A stretch of 63,972 nucleotides of DNA, filler included, from Chiloscyllium plagiosum (GCF_004010195.1; 9 parts of 9 records of this genome joined end to end with filler, not necessarily neighbours in it), one strand, 5' to 3'; positions 25,521 through 38,245 are shown, counted from the first letter of the whole stretch. Numbers and translations: made by a program. The notes: a model not told the origin generated them from the letters alone.

Positions 25521-27229
25521 AGTCATACAACATGGAAACAGCCGGTTTGGCCCAGCTAGCCCATGCTGACCATGTTTCCAAACTAAACTAGTCCTACCTG
25601 CGAGGGCATGGACCTTTCCTGTTCGTGAACTTATTCAGAAGTCTTTTAAACGTTGCAACTGCACCTGTATGCACAGCTTTCTCTGGAAGTTCATTCTACA
25701 CACCAGCCGCTCTGGATAAAAAAAAATTAAATCTTTCTCCTCTCGCCCTTAAAATATTTCCTCTAGTTTTGAACTTCTCCGTCCTGGGGAAAAGAGCCTT
25801 GTCATTCACCTTATCTATGCTCCTCATGATTTTATAAACTTCAGTAAAGCCACCCCTCAACCTCCTACGCTCCAGTTAAAGGAAGTCCCCGTCTTTTCAA
25901 CTTATTTTTATGGCTCAGACTCCCCATTGCCGGCAACATTCTAACAACAGGACCGTTATCTTTAGATGTTAATCCAGGTAATATGGAATTTGAATTCTAC
26001 AAAAGTGCAGAATTAAGACTGTACTGGTGACCACAGTCCCTTTTTGCAGCCCTTACCTGAGCTTGCTTCCATGTGACCCCAGGTCCCCAGCAAAGTTGCC
26101 AATAAACGTTGGCCGAGCCAGCGACATCAACATCCCATGAATGAATTTAAATAAAACCAAGGCAATCATAAAATCACACTCAGAATGCCCACTTCACTCA
26201 ATGGAAATCGACTTTCAACATACTTTTCCTTTCATAATGAAATTCAAGTTATATTTGTACTTTCATTTCATGGTTCTCCTCCACCCCCGCCCCCACCCAC
26301 TTTAGTTCAACTGTCGCTTCAGTGGAGAGTTCACCGCCAGAACTGGGGCTGGCTAATAACTTACCTGATTTTACGAGATTCCTGTGAGTTTAATTTTCAT
26401 TTCATTTTTTTCTTTTTAATTTTGATGCAGAGCTAAACTGCAAACAACCTTGTTTGCACTGCTGGGTGAACGGTCCTTAAGATCGAGTTTGCTTCATTTT
26501 AGCATTTAGTATTAAAGTTGCTTGGCTGCACTGAGACCTTTCCTTCATTCAGCTTGCCGCGTTACTGTGCTTTCTCCGTCAGTAAAGGCTAAAAAGAGAA
26601 ACGCTGCCTCGTCATGGTTTGAGCTCAGACAGATTTTGGTATAGAAGGATTCATTGAATTTCCTTGCCTCGGTTTCCATTTTGTACCGCTTTGGGATTTT
26701 GGGGTGAGTCTTATTTTGTCCTTGTCTTAACCATATGTAGAAGAATATAAACAGGATTAGCCTGTTCAGTTTTTTTTTCCAAATATCAATGTTAGCCATA
26801 CCCTAACTCCGCCTGACTACCTCAGTACTGTAACCCTTAAGGACTTCACAAATGGAAATGCATCTCAGTTTTGTATGTTCCAACTCTGTTTCCTGAATCA
26901 ACAACGTTTTAAAGGAAGGTAATGTTTTATATTTCCACGGCATGAAAAAGTGAGTTTTGGCAATTTCACTGAACGCCGTAACTATAATTTTCAGATTACT
27001 GTTTTAGATGACGTTCCGAAAGTCGCCCAGTAAAAGTTTTATTTCACCATATATGATATGAGATTCTTAGATCACGTCGATAACTCAGTTAGATGCGTAG
27101 TTACTCAAAGGAAACAGTGATTTCAGTAGAAAAACCAGTTATCATAATTTAATCTATCCTGCCTAGTATCAGTCTGGGACAGCTGTCTTGCGCCATCTCC
27201 GTGGTCACCATGTACTCGCTGGCTGTACT

Positions 27230-28903
27230 GTACAGAACGGGTTGAACCAAAACATAGAATGCAGGGAAATATTTGGTGGCATCTTGAAAAATGTCCATAT
27301 TACAGAGGAGGGAGTGATGGATGTCTTGAAATGTGTAAAGATGGATAAATCCCCAGGATCTGATCATGTGTACCTTACAACTCTGTGGGAAGCTAGAGAA
27401 GTGATTGCTGGGCCGCTTGTTGAGATATTAGTATCATCGATAGTCACAGGTGAGGTGAGGGAAGACTGGAGGTTGGCTAGGGTAGTGCCACTGGTTAAGA
27501 ACGGTGGTAAGGACAAGCCAAGGAACGATAGACCAGCAAGTTTGATGTCAGTGGTGGACAAGTTGTTGAAGGGAATCCTGAGGGACAGGATTTACACGTA
27601 TTTGGAAAGGCAAGGACGGATTAGGGATATTTAACATGGATTTGTGCGTCAGAAATGATGTCTCACGAATTTGATTGAGTTTTTTGAAGAAGTGACAAAG
27701 AGAATTGGTGAGGGCAGAACAGTGAACGTGATCTCTCTGGACTTCAGTAAGGCGTTCGACAAGGTTCCCCATGAACACTGATCAGCAAGGTTAGATCTCA
27801 TAGAATACAGGGAGAACTGGCCATTTGGATGCAGAACTGGCTCGAAGGTAGAAGACAGAGGGTAGTGGTGGAGGGTTGCTTTTCAGACTGGAGGCCTGTG
27901 ACCAGTGGAGTGCCACAAGGATTAGTGCTGGGTCCACTACTTTTTGTCATTTACATAAATGATTTGGATACGAACATAGGAGGTATAGTCAGTAAGTTTG
28001 CAGATGACACCAAAATCGGAGGTATAGTGGACAGCGAAGAAGATTACATCAGATGGCAACTGGATCTTGATCAGACGAGCCAATGGGCTGAGGAGTGGCA
28101 GATAAAGTTTAATTTAGATAAATGAGAAGTGTTGCATTCTGGGAAAACAAATTTTAGCAGGACTTATACACATAATGTTAAGATCCTCCTAGCGAGTGTT
28201 CCTGAACAAAGAGACCTTGGAGTGCAGGTTCATAGCTCTTTGAAAGTGGAGTCGCAGGTAGATAGGATAGTGGAGAAGGTGTTTGATATGCTTTCCTTTA
28301 TTGGTCAGAGTATTGAGTACAGGTATTGTGATGTCATTTTGAGACTGTACAGGACATTGGTTAGACCACATTTGGAATATTGTGCACAATCCTGGTCTCC
28401 TTTCTATCGGAAGGATTTGAAATTTGAAAGGGTTCAGAAAAGATTTACAAGGATGTTGCCAGGGTTGGAGGGTTTATAGGGAGAGGTTGAATAGACTAGG
28501 GCTGATTTCCCTGGAGCGTTGGAGGCTGAGGGGTGACCTTACAGAGGTTTATAAAATCATGAGGGGCATGGATAGGGTATATAGACAAGGTTATTTCCCT
28601 AGGGTGGGGGAATCCAGAACTAGATAGCATAGATTTAGGGTGAGAGGGGAAAGATTTAAAAGTCACCAAAGGGGCAACGTTTTCACACAGAGGGTGTTCG
28701 TGTATGAAATGAGCTGCCAGAGGACGTGGTGGAAGCTGGTAAAAGGCATCTAGATGGGTATGTGATTCGGGAGGGTTTAGAGGGATATGGGCCGGGTGCT
28801 GGCAAGTGGGACTAGACTGGGTTGGGATATATGCTCAGGATGGACGAGTTGGACCAAAGGGTCTGTTTCCGTACTGTACATCTCTATGACTCTATGATTC
28901 TAT
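27230..28903 (+). mobile_element. 5'-truncated CR1-type LINE (HER1-like), RT domain with stops
   Basis: DKSPG.D, DWRLA.VVPL.K, SGVPQGLVLGPLLFVIYINDL, KFADDTKIGG, LYRTLVRPHLEYC; (ctctatga)n tail at 28882. Confidence 0.95.
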
Positions 28904-31900
28904 AACAACTCTGTCAGGTGTCGGGTTTATGTTCGAGCTACTGGAATGGGAAGTGGAACAACCACCTCCTGACTCAGTGACAAAATATCTCGAACTTGGC
29001 CACTGTGAATAAGTTAAGAAAGAACGAGACCTTTAGAAATGCTTAATAATCATCATGCTTAAAGTTATTTTTTCTTGTCTGGAAGTTGAGCTAAATGTTG
29101 TTTGATCAGTCAAATTGAGTCTTAATGAAGCATTCCGATAATGAATGGTCTAATGTGCATATCTTACTGCAATTCTGGACAGGACAATGGGTGATACTAC
29201 TGAAATGCAGAGCTTCGGAAGTCAATATCAAGAATAGCTCCAGTCAAACATTTTCTCCCAGTATCAGTGAAGTCGTCTCTGAGAAACTTGGAATTCAATA
29301 ATGATATGAAGCTTCTGGCTGTAGAAGACCAAGCTGTGAAGGACTGATGGAAACAGCCGTTCTTTGGAACTACACAGTCAAGATTGTTGCTTCTGTGTTT
29401 GCTCGGGATTTTTCATTAAACTAGTCTTTGGATGAGAGGGCCGTGGTACAAATCAGTAGCCTACTGATTGATTACTTCCCCGCCATCCCAACAGATTGGT
29501 ATTGCAGCAGTCTACACACGCAGGGATATTATTAGTTCTGATAAAAGTTCACTGGACTCGAAACGTTCATAGCAGCTGCTCACTCCGACCTTGCAGTAGG
29601 ACCTGCAGATTCAGTGGGTGAGCTGCTCTTTTTCAAATGATATCACATGCAAAGTCATTGCGTGTTTGAAGAAAATAAGTATTGGGAGTTAGAGAAGAGC
29701 ATTGGTGGACAGACCCAGGACCTGGGGGGCGGGGGTGGGGGGTGGCGATCCAGGTCAAAGGAGATAAGAATGGGACCACCCAGGGCAGGGGAATGACCGA
29801 GACAGAGCAAGAGGGAACCCAAGACACCGAGGTGGCAGATAGAGGGTTCAATCCAGGTGGAATGATGGGCTGAGAGTATGGGAGCAGTGAGGACAGGTGA
29901 TGTTGTGAGCGAGGATGGGGGAGAGAGGATGGAGAGGCCATCAAAGAGAATCAGGGAGTGAGGATGGGAGGTTGTGAGGAAAGAGGAGACAATGAGGCCG
30001 GGAAGGCTGTGATGGAGGATCGGGGAAGTCAGAAAGGGGGAGGAATGAGGAATGAGGATGCTGGGTGGGTGTTGGTTGTCATGAGGATGGGAAGGATGCG
30101 TGGATGTGTGTGGTTGTCGGACTGAGGTGGAGTGAGAACTGGTGATAGCATGTGAAGACAAGAGTAGAAGGGTGCACTGGAGAGGATAGGGTGTGGAACC
30201 ACCAGGATATCTGTGTTGAAGTCCCAGAGATAACATTTCTGGGCACGTTCATTGGAAAATATTAGCTTGGTTAACTTTCGCTGTCTGTCCCACAGTCACA
30301 GTCCAGTCCCACAGATGGGAAAATCAAAGTGTCTGATAGACTGCACCACTAGTCTGGCCAATTGTTTGACCAAGTTGCAGTGTAGCAAAGGAGTAATTTC
30401 TGGCATCACCCAATCCCAGCTGAAGAACATAAACATGTGGAAGAATTATTTGAATTAGTCCCAGAGTGGGAAATGGCTGTCTCATTAAATGAGAGAGTGA
30501 GACTCAATGAGATTCTTGTAGAGAGGGGAGGAGCTCTCCTCTCTCCTCCTCCCTCTGCAAGGATCTCAGTGTGTGTGTGTGTCTCTCTCTCACTGTCATA
30601 TCCTCGGCCCTGAAACTCTTCAGCCACCTCCTGAAGCAGATTCGCTACCACAGCCACATCCAATTCCTCAGTTTCTTCTCCTCCTGTGTCATTAAATACC
30701 TAGTACTAACGGGCAAAGGGAACATTTCTCACACTGTTTTCAATCTATCCAGGGGGGAAAGGAACAGCGTCAGATCCATTCTCCCATCCCTTCCCAGAAG
30801 AGAAAAAATAACATTTTTAGGATCATAGCATCGTCACCGTCAGATGCGGAGAAACGTTCTTCTGCACTTTGCAGGAATCGGAGCAGACAGGAAAGTGACC
30901 ATCCAACAGAGCAAAGGTTAAGCAAGTTGCGACCTTACACTGGGGTTCAGAAAAATGAAAGGTAATCTCCTTGGAACATATAGGATTCTTAAAGTGGCTC
31001 AGCAGGGTAAATTCTGGAGAAACTCAGCAGGTCTGACACCATCTGTGGAGGCAACTAGAGTTAACGTTTCGAGACCAGTCATCTAGTCTATTCAGATTTC
31101 TAACGTTTGCAGTTTTTTTTTTGTTTTATTTAAATGCTGAGAGGATGTTTCTCCTTGGGAAGGTCTAGAGCCAAGAGAGCAGAGTCTCCGAATACAGAAG
31201 CGTCGATTTGAGACGATGAAAATAAATTTCTTCTCTCAAGGGTGGTGAGTCTCTGCAATTCCTTGCCACCGAGAGCTGTGGGGGCAAAAGCCTTGTGTAC
31301 ACTTCAGGCTGAGTTCGATCGGTCCTTGATCAGTCGAGGAATCATGGGTTATGGGAGAAGGCAAGAAAGTGGGTGTGATGAGAATCAGATCTACAGTAAT
31401 CCTATGTAATGGTGAAGCAGGTTTGATGCTGTGAACAGGCTACTCCTGGTCCTGTTGCTCATGGTCTATCATCCAGCTACATGTACTAAGTTTGTAGATA
31501 TAGAATCGTTTCGAATTCGTCACTTAAGACTAGGTTAGTAACTGAATATGCAAGCATAGATCCCAACCCCAGCTTTTCAACATGGCAACCATAGATAGAG
31601 ACAAAAGCGCCCAGAAAATGACGTCTGGTAGGAGATAGTCATTGAAGAGTGTTGGATTTATTCTGACACTTCAACCAAACTTTAGCAAAGACTATACAGT
31701 ATTGATCACGAGGGCCTGGAAACACATAGCATTTATCTTAAAGAAATGAGCTATTATTGCATTATGCAATAATAGTTAACAAGTATTCATGAAGTCGGAG
31801 AGAGTGAGGACTGCAGATGCTCGAGATCAGAGTCCAAAAGTCAGGCATCCGAGGAGCAGGAGAGTCGATGTTTGGAGCACAAGCTCTTAATCGCGAATAT

Positions 31901-32086
31901 ATCTTTATCAGAAAGTATTTATGAAGTAACTGTCATAAGAAGGACGGTCCTGGAAATAATTGACATCTAACGGAACCTATCAGGGTCTAGTAGGCGTTGT
32001 CATTAGTGAATGTCCATCACCCTCAAGAGCCAGTCACAGATTGATCACACACCCTTTGATCCAATTAGACATTAGCTTCGCTTCAG

Positions 32087-32348
32087 GTAGCCCAATCAGA
32101 ATGTAGTAAAAGCATTGCGCGTGCAGTCGGTTGTGACTTTAAAGTAGCTAATAAACAGCTACTTTCAGTGACTAAAACACAATCTGCAAACGTGAAACTG
32201 AAGTCTGCAGAACCTGCAGCCCAATGAAAAATGGAAGACCACAGAATTGTCGTGGCGAGACGTGAGACCGAATGATTACCTCATGCAGTCGAAGCTGAAC
32301 CGGAAAGCAAGGACTGGAGGACAGCCAGACAGTCGCTTCTCGACTTCG
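32087..32348 (+). pseudogene. Possible decayed short Ig-domain exon
   Basis: One frame reads NVVKALRVQSVVTLK*LINSYFQ*LKH..TTELSWRDVRPNDYL, with stops at the expected B-strand Cys and C-strand Trp; ends at G|GTAAAT. Confidence 0.3.
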
Positions 32349-32842
32349 GTAAATACTACCTGAAAACTGAAGCTTCCCGAGTTACCTTACCAGAGTCTCA
32401 TGTTACTTAAATAGTAAAAAATTCAAACATACAAATAGGTATTGGGATTGAGCTTTCAGTTAAAAGCATATGTTCTTGCATATGTTCCTTTGTGAGATTT
32501 GTTTGCATGTTTGTTGCACGGCCACTTATTTTTTTCTCGTCCAACTGAAATTGAACAGTTCATGAAACGCAAAAATCAAATCAATCCGAGAGTTGAACTG
32601 TTCACTGAAAGGAAGTGTTCTGGTGAGAAACCTGCAACACCGAAAGGAATTGGAGCGGCTCAGCCGAATCTTTGACTTGGCGCTGCCGTGCAATACCGTC
32701 AGCGCTGAACACTTGTTACACTCTACTCTCCCACAAACCCTCCATATCCTTTGATTCTCTGAGAAATTAAAAAATAACCAATCTTAAATGAACATGGATG
32801 ATGACGAACTCATAAACACCTCAGATTGAGAATTTTAAGTAT

Positions 32843-33365
32843 TAGAACATAGAACATACAGCGCAGTACAGGCCCTTCGGCCCTCGATGTTTCACTGCCC
32901 TGTGAAACCAATCTGAAGCCCATATAACCTACACTGTTCCATTCTCGTCCATATGTCTATCCAATGACTATTTAAATGCCCTTAAAGCTGGCGAGTCTGC
33001 TACCGTTGCAGGCAGGGCATTCCACGCCCCTACTACTCTCTGAGTAAAGAAACTACCTCTGACATCTGTCCTGTATCTATCATTCCTCAATTTAAAACTA
33101 TGCCCCCTCATGCTAGCCATCATCATCCAAGGAAAAAGGCTCTCCCTCTCCAACGTATTTAACCCTCTAATTATCTTGTATGTCTCAATTAAATCACCTC
33201 TCAATCTTATTCTCTCTCACGAAAGCAGCCTCAAGTCCCTCAGCCTTTCCTTGTAAGACCTTCCCTCCATACCAGGTATCATCGCAGTAAATCTCCTCTA
33301 AACCCTTTCCATGGCTTCCACATCCTCCCTATAATGCAGTGACCAGAACTGCACGCAACACTCCA
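32843..33365 (-). mobile_element. CR1 LINE 3' fragment
   Basis: RGDLIETYKII..FFTQRVVGAWNALP; (agaacat)n tail. Confidence 0.88.
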
Positions 33366-33639
33366 AATATTCTGTCGTCTCTGAACAAATAATTTCTCCA
33401 TCTCTCAATCCTAAGTGACCCAGGCATTACCCAGGCGTGTACTCACATGTTATGCCAGCCAGGGGTAATTACCACACAGTCTTTATCATAACAAGCCCTT
33501 TCAGTCTCTTCTTTATTATTGGGATCACCTCTAATGCCTCGAAAGTCCAGAAAGTTTCAAGAGAATGTCTGTTATAATATCAAACACTCAGCACAAAAAA
33601 AATCAATGCAATGAAACGTCACTTTTGAAAACATAAACA

Positions 33640-34400
33640 GAAATTGCTGGACCCAGTGAGCTTTCTTCAGAATTGATTACAGATCAGAAATAGTAGGGAT
33701 ATGTGCCAAACATGGACTGAGGGTGGGGGTAGAGGGAGGAGTAAACGATAGGTGAAGAAATGGGTAAAGGTCAGCCTGTGAGAATCAATGGCTGCTCATG
33801 GGGATCAATGGTAGCTGATAATGACTTGGTTTTGTAGTTGCCCATGCGATGACAAGGCCTGGTGTGTGGGTGTTGGGATGACCATATGGGAGAAGATACG
33901 CAAGCTCTAAAGTTGATGAACTCGATATTGAGTCCTGAAGGCCATAGGGTCCCAAGTGGGACATGAGAAGCTGTTCTTCCAGCTTGCGTTGAGCTTTCAG
34001 CAAGCTGGAGACAGAGATGCTGGCCAGGGAGTATGGTGGGTGGTTTGAAGCGTCAGGCAACAGGAAGCTCAGGGTCATTGCTGTGGACTAAAAACGATTC
34101 CCAAGCCTTTGTTTTATCTGGCCAATGTAGAGGCCACCTTGTGAGCAGCGAATACAGTAGACTGGATTGAATGAAGTGCAGGTAAACCCCTGTTTCACCT
34201 GGAACGTGTGTCTGCTGCCTTGGATATTGAAGAAGGATGAAGTACATGGGCAAGTGTTACACCTTCTGCCCTTGCATGGGAAGGTGCTTGGGGGCTTGGA
34301 GTGGTTGTGGTGAGGACATGTTGCGAGTGGAGGAGCAGTGGAGGAGAATGTCCTGCAGGGAAGGTCCCTACCAAAGGCTGACAAAGGTGGAGTTGGGAAT
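33640..34400 (-). mobile_element. Penelope-like element fragment (Zn-finger + GIY-YIG endonuclease)
   Basis: TFPCKGRRCNTCP..FTCTSFNPVYCIRCSQGGLYIGQIKQRLGNRF and RKLEEQLL; partial CUGAAGA hammerhead box near 33664-33670. Confidence 0.85.
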
Positions 34401-34826
34401 ATATAATGGTGTGTTCAGTGAAGGTGGTAGGAATGGTAGCTTATGAGCCTTATTGCTACAGATCTTTATCCTGAAATGGTCAATGCTGTGTTTTATATAT
34501 GCTAAAGAACAAATTCCTAATTGGAGTTATTATTATTGGCTTAAATCATAATTGAGTTCAGGAATAAACATCTATGTCTAACTGGAAGGAATAATATACT
34601 AGAATATTTCACTCCGGAGCACTTTATTTCTCTCTGTGGGGATTATGACAAGGAAGGGGATCATTTATCTCCTTGATTTCTATGAGATAAATGTGATTGG
34701 TTTTGCATAGAACCAAGCGTTATGCAATGAAAGGTGCTTCATATCATTTTGGCACGAAATTGGAATGTAGCTATGTAAGCCAGATAGTACAATTCAGTCA
34801 TCGTTAATTTTTTTTGTTATTTTCAG

Positions 34827-35043
34827 CGTCTAAGAAGGGAATTTCCTCAGTAACAAATTCCCAGCTTCTCCAATCCCTAAGCCACCTGCCATCTTTCCTT
34901 CCCCGTTTCTTTGTCAGGATCCAGAAACTCCCGACACAGAATCCTTTTACGAGTTGCTGCACCATACTGACTGCAGTACCCATCAACGTCTCAAGGGTAA
35001 CGTAGGGGTCAGCAAGAAATACCCACTTCTGAAGAATGAGTAA
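34827..35043 (+). pseudogene. Two putative cytoplasmic exons (34827-34849, 34918-35043) encoding an ITAM-like tail
   Basis: Pyrimidine-rich acceptors (ttattttcAG, tttctttgtcAG) and matching phases: xSKKGISS|DPETPDTESFYELLHHTDCSTHQRLKGNVGVSKKYPLLKNE*. Confidence 0.45.
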
Positions 35044-36099
35044 GATACATGCAGCCAATGGGGGAAGCCAATGAGTGAATTCAATCCAACGATGGTTCGG
35101 CGGTATTTTCGTCAGGCAACAGAAAACCACAACCATCATAGGAAGGGAGAATTTTGCAATAGGTATATTTGGTGAAGAGAAGCATTTTTTCAAGGTTTGA
35201 AAGTTCCTCATAGAAATAAAGCATTAACTGAAATAAAGTGCAAAAGGCTAATTATTACCTAGCTTGCAAGCATAACAAATAAAGACCAAGTGTAAGATAT
35301 GATGCCGCTATGTAACATGATTGAGATTTCAGTGCCGAGTTGACAATGGTTGAGACCCTCAGAAACACCCTTATTACTAAGGTTACAGTCCCGAAGTTGA
35401 GCTCACTGTCAGAAGCAATTACTTTTTTCATGTTTTCAATATTATAATACTAACTAGTAAGATTTACACCGAATCACTGCACAAGCTCAAAGCGAATGTT
35501 AGAAACCGAAATAATGGAGCACACGCTAATCTCAGGGAATAAAGAAGTAGGGAGGGAGGAGTGGAAGGTTTGGAAAGGTAAATGGGAAAATATAAAAACG
35601 CATCAATACATCATTTTATGTTCTGTCCTGAGGCTTTTCTGAGGATGGTCACGAGAACTACAGTTCGACTTTCGGGCCTACATTTCACTGACTTTCCCTT
35701 AACTTTCCCTAACTCCAGTGATACACTCAAATGGAGTTACATTGTCTGGCACATTTGCGTTGACGTATGGGGCAACTTCGATCAGAGTGATGCTGGAAAA
35801 GCACAGCAGGTCAGGCAGCATCCAAGGAGCAGGGAAATCGACGCTTCAGGCAGAAGTCCTTCATCAGGAATAGAGAGAGGAAGCCTCCAGGGTGGGGAGA
35901 CATGGGGTAATTTGCTTAGTCAGGACATGATTTGGAAGAATTCGGCAATATCTTCAATGATCAACACCACTCTGCTCGAGCTAAAGCCGTAGTGCACAAG
36001 GGTAAACCTGAAATGCGCAATTTTATTCTATTCAAAGTGAGGGGAGGCAATCGGCATACTTTAGACATAAAAATGAAGAGGAAGAACTAACGCACACAA

Positions 36100-36603
36100 C
36101 TGGGTCCCAGGTTCGATTCCAGCCTCGGGCGACTGTCTGTGTGGAGCTTGCACATTCTCCCGGTGTCTGCGTGGGTTTCCTCCGGGTGGAGAAAGTGAGG
36201 TCTGCAGATGCTGGAGATCAGAGCTGGTCTGTGTGGAGCTTGCACATTCTCCCGGTGTCTGCGTGGGTTTCCTCCGGGTGGAGAAAGTGAGGTCTGCAGA
36301 TGCTGGAGATCAGAGCTGGAAATGTGTTGCTGGAAAAGCGCAGCAGGTCAGGCAGCATCCAGGGAACAGGAGAATCGACGTTTCGGGCATAAGCCCTTCT
36401 TCAGGAATGCTCCGGGTGCTCCGGTTTCCTCCCACAGTCCAAAGATGTGTAGGTTAGGTGAATTGGCCGTGCTAAACTGCCCATAGTGTTAGGTGCATTA
36501 GTCAGAGTGAAATGGGTCCAGGTGGATTACTCTTCGGAGGGACGGTGTGGACTGGTTGGGCCGAAGGGCCTGTTTCCACACAGGAGGGAATCTAATCTAA
36601 TCT
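36100..36603 (+). mobile_element. V-SINE with nested Penelope-derived insert and 92-bp tandem duplication
   Basis: Insert 36281-36409 flanked by CTCCGGGTG (36272-36280, 36410-36418); 36135-36226 is repeated at 36227-36318. Confidence 0.88.
36373..36408 (-). ncRNA. Minimal hammerhead ribozyme motif (best-preserved copy of this repeat family)
   Basis: Minus strand AUUC-CUGAAGA-A-GGGC-UUAU-GCCC-GAAAC-GUC-GAUU. Confidence 0.75.
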
Positions 36604-37377
36604 TTTCAAAGTACCATCACGGTTGATATGTTTTCGCTGATTGGTGAGTCACGGATAATCAATTGCATATGTGTTTCCAAAACAGTCTCAAGTAAGTCAC
36701 AATGCGAGAGTCCTTCTGAGAAGTGACAGCATATAAACACAGATCTTTATGAAATAAAGTTCAGTCTTGAATTGCCAAGTTGACATCATGTAAGTTTCAA
36801 TAAGTCCATTATTCCTTTCTACGAACCTCTCCTTTTTGCAGCTCCTCCATCAAGACCTTCGATCCTGTCTTTCTACAACACACTATATGAGAAGAAGGTT
36901 CATGTATGTCACGGGAAATCCAAAAGAAAGTACAAGGCAGAAGTCCAATATCGCTTCATAGGTCCACGTGCATCTGCTATTGTGGCGCAATTCACCAACC
37001 AAGTCCATTTCCGCTGCGTCACAATTCAAATAGATACATCTGAGCGGAGCCGGCACGAGGTGGGTAATTGTTGGCAAGAGTATATTTCAATACAGTTTCG
37101 AAATCTCGAAAATACCGGAATCTCAATCCCCAATGACATTTCAGTTCATCTTGCAAAACCTGCTCAATGTGAACATTGCTGTTCACAAAGCTGGAGCGTC
37201 GAATTTACCCTAGTTCTTTAAGAAGGGCCAGATCGATCATTGGAAATTGGACCGCGCTGTTCAAAACAAGCTCAATTTGCAACAGAAATTAGTTCCTAAT
37301 GGATATTCTCCTGGCAACGAATCTCGCTGCTCTTGTCAACACACGGGAAGAGTTATAGACCGTGGAGGAAAGTGTCT

Positions 37378-37630
37378 GGGCGGCACGGTGACTGAGTGGG
37401 TTAGCACTGCTGTTTCACAGCACCAGAGACATGGGTTCAATCCCAGCCTCGGGCGACTGCCTGTGGAGGTTGGACATTTTCCCCGTGTCTGTGTGGGTTT
37501 CTTCCCAGACTCCAAAAATGTGCAGGTTAGGGTAAATTGCCCATAGTGTTCAGGGATGTGTAACTTAGGTACATTGGATAGGGATAAGTGTAGGGGAATG
37601 GGTCAGGGTGGACTTATTAGCCTGTTTCCA
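37378..37630 (+). mobile_element. V-SINE (HE1-like)
   Basis: gggcggcacggtgactgagtgggttagcactgctg head and V-domain remnant. Confidence 0.8.
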
Positions 37631-38138
37631 TAGTGTCGGGAATATAATCTAAGAAACACATTGGTGTCCAGAAAAATGATCATACCGTTGGGGGTAGATT
37701 TCAGGAGGAAGAGAAACACTATGCGCTTTGGAGAAATGTGAGCCGTTTTCCCCCTTCCTTTGATATCCTCAACCCTGAAACTAAGGGCGCCTCAAATATG
37801 AGCTGTTGTCTTCTTTTGGCGTTTGGAAACATTTGAAGTTGGGTGAAAGGCGGAGGGTGGGTGCGTGGCTGAAGGGGAAATGGAATTGGGGGCTGACTTC
37901 TTGCTCAGCAGCTGTTCGAGAAGCTCAAGGCTGGACGATCCAAACCCCCATACTATCCCTCCCCTCAGCTGGAAAACCCGTGCAGCAAGGCCCTGCTGAA
38001 AAGAGTCTGTAATAGATTGACCAGAACCTCAAAGACCACTCCACTTTGAGCTGGTGACAAAGCACCAGCTCGCTATAAAAGCTGACTACACGCACCACAA
38101 GTAGTAAACAAAGCTGCTGAAGCATTTGCTGTCCTTAC

Positions 38139-38245
38139 CTCTTCCGACGGAAGCAGACTGCTCCGAAGATCCCACCGATACCCAGTAAAGTTACCACCGC
38201 GGCACGAACACACCACAATATCTGTACGTCGCTCATGACGACCGT
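38139..38245 (-). CDS. Transmembrane exon with intramembrane Arg (5' end cut by linker), paralogous to the NKp30-like TM
   Basis: TVVMSDVQILWCVRAAVVTLLGIGGIFGAVCFRRKR followed by a strong donor AG|GTAAGG; open reading, basic stop-transfer sequence. Confidence 0.65.

Noticed and set aside
29190-29275. Second ITAM-like remnant (SQYQE*LQSNIFSQYQ*)
   Set aside because: Two stops at key positions and no clear exon boundaries.
29633-30236. 193-aa Pro/His/Ser-rich ORF
   Set aside because: Low-complexity purine-rich DNA with no recognisable domain or splice structure.
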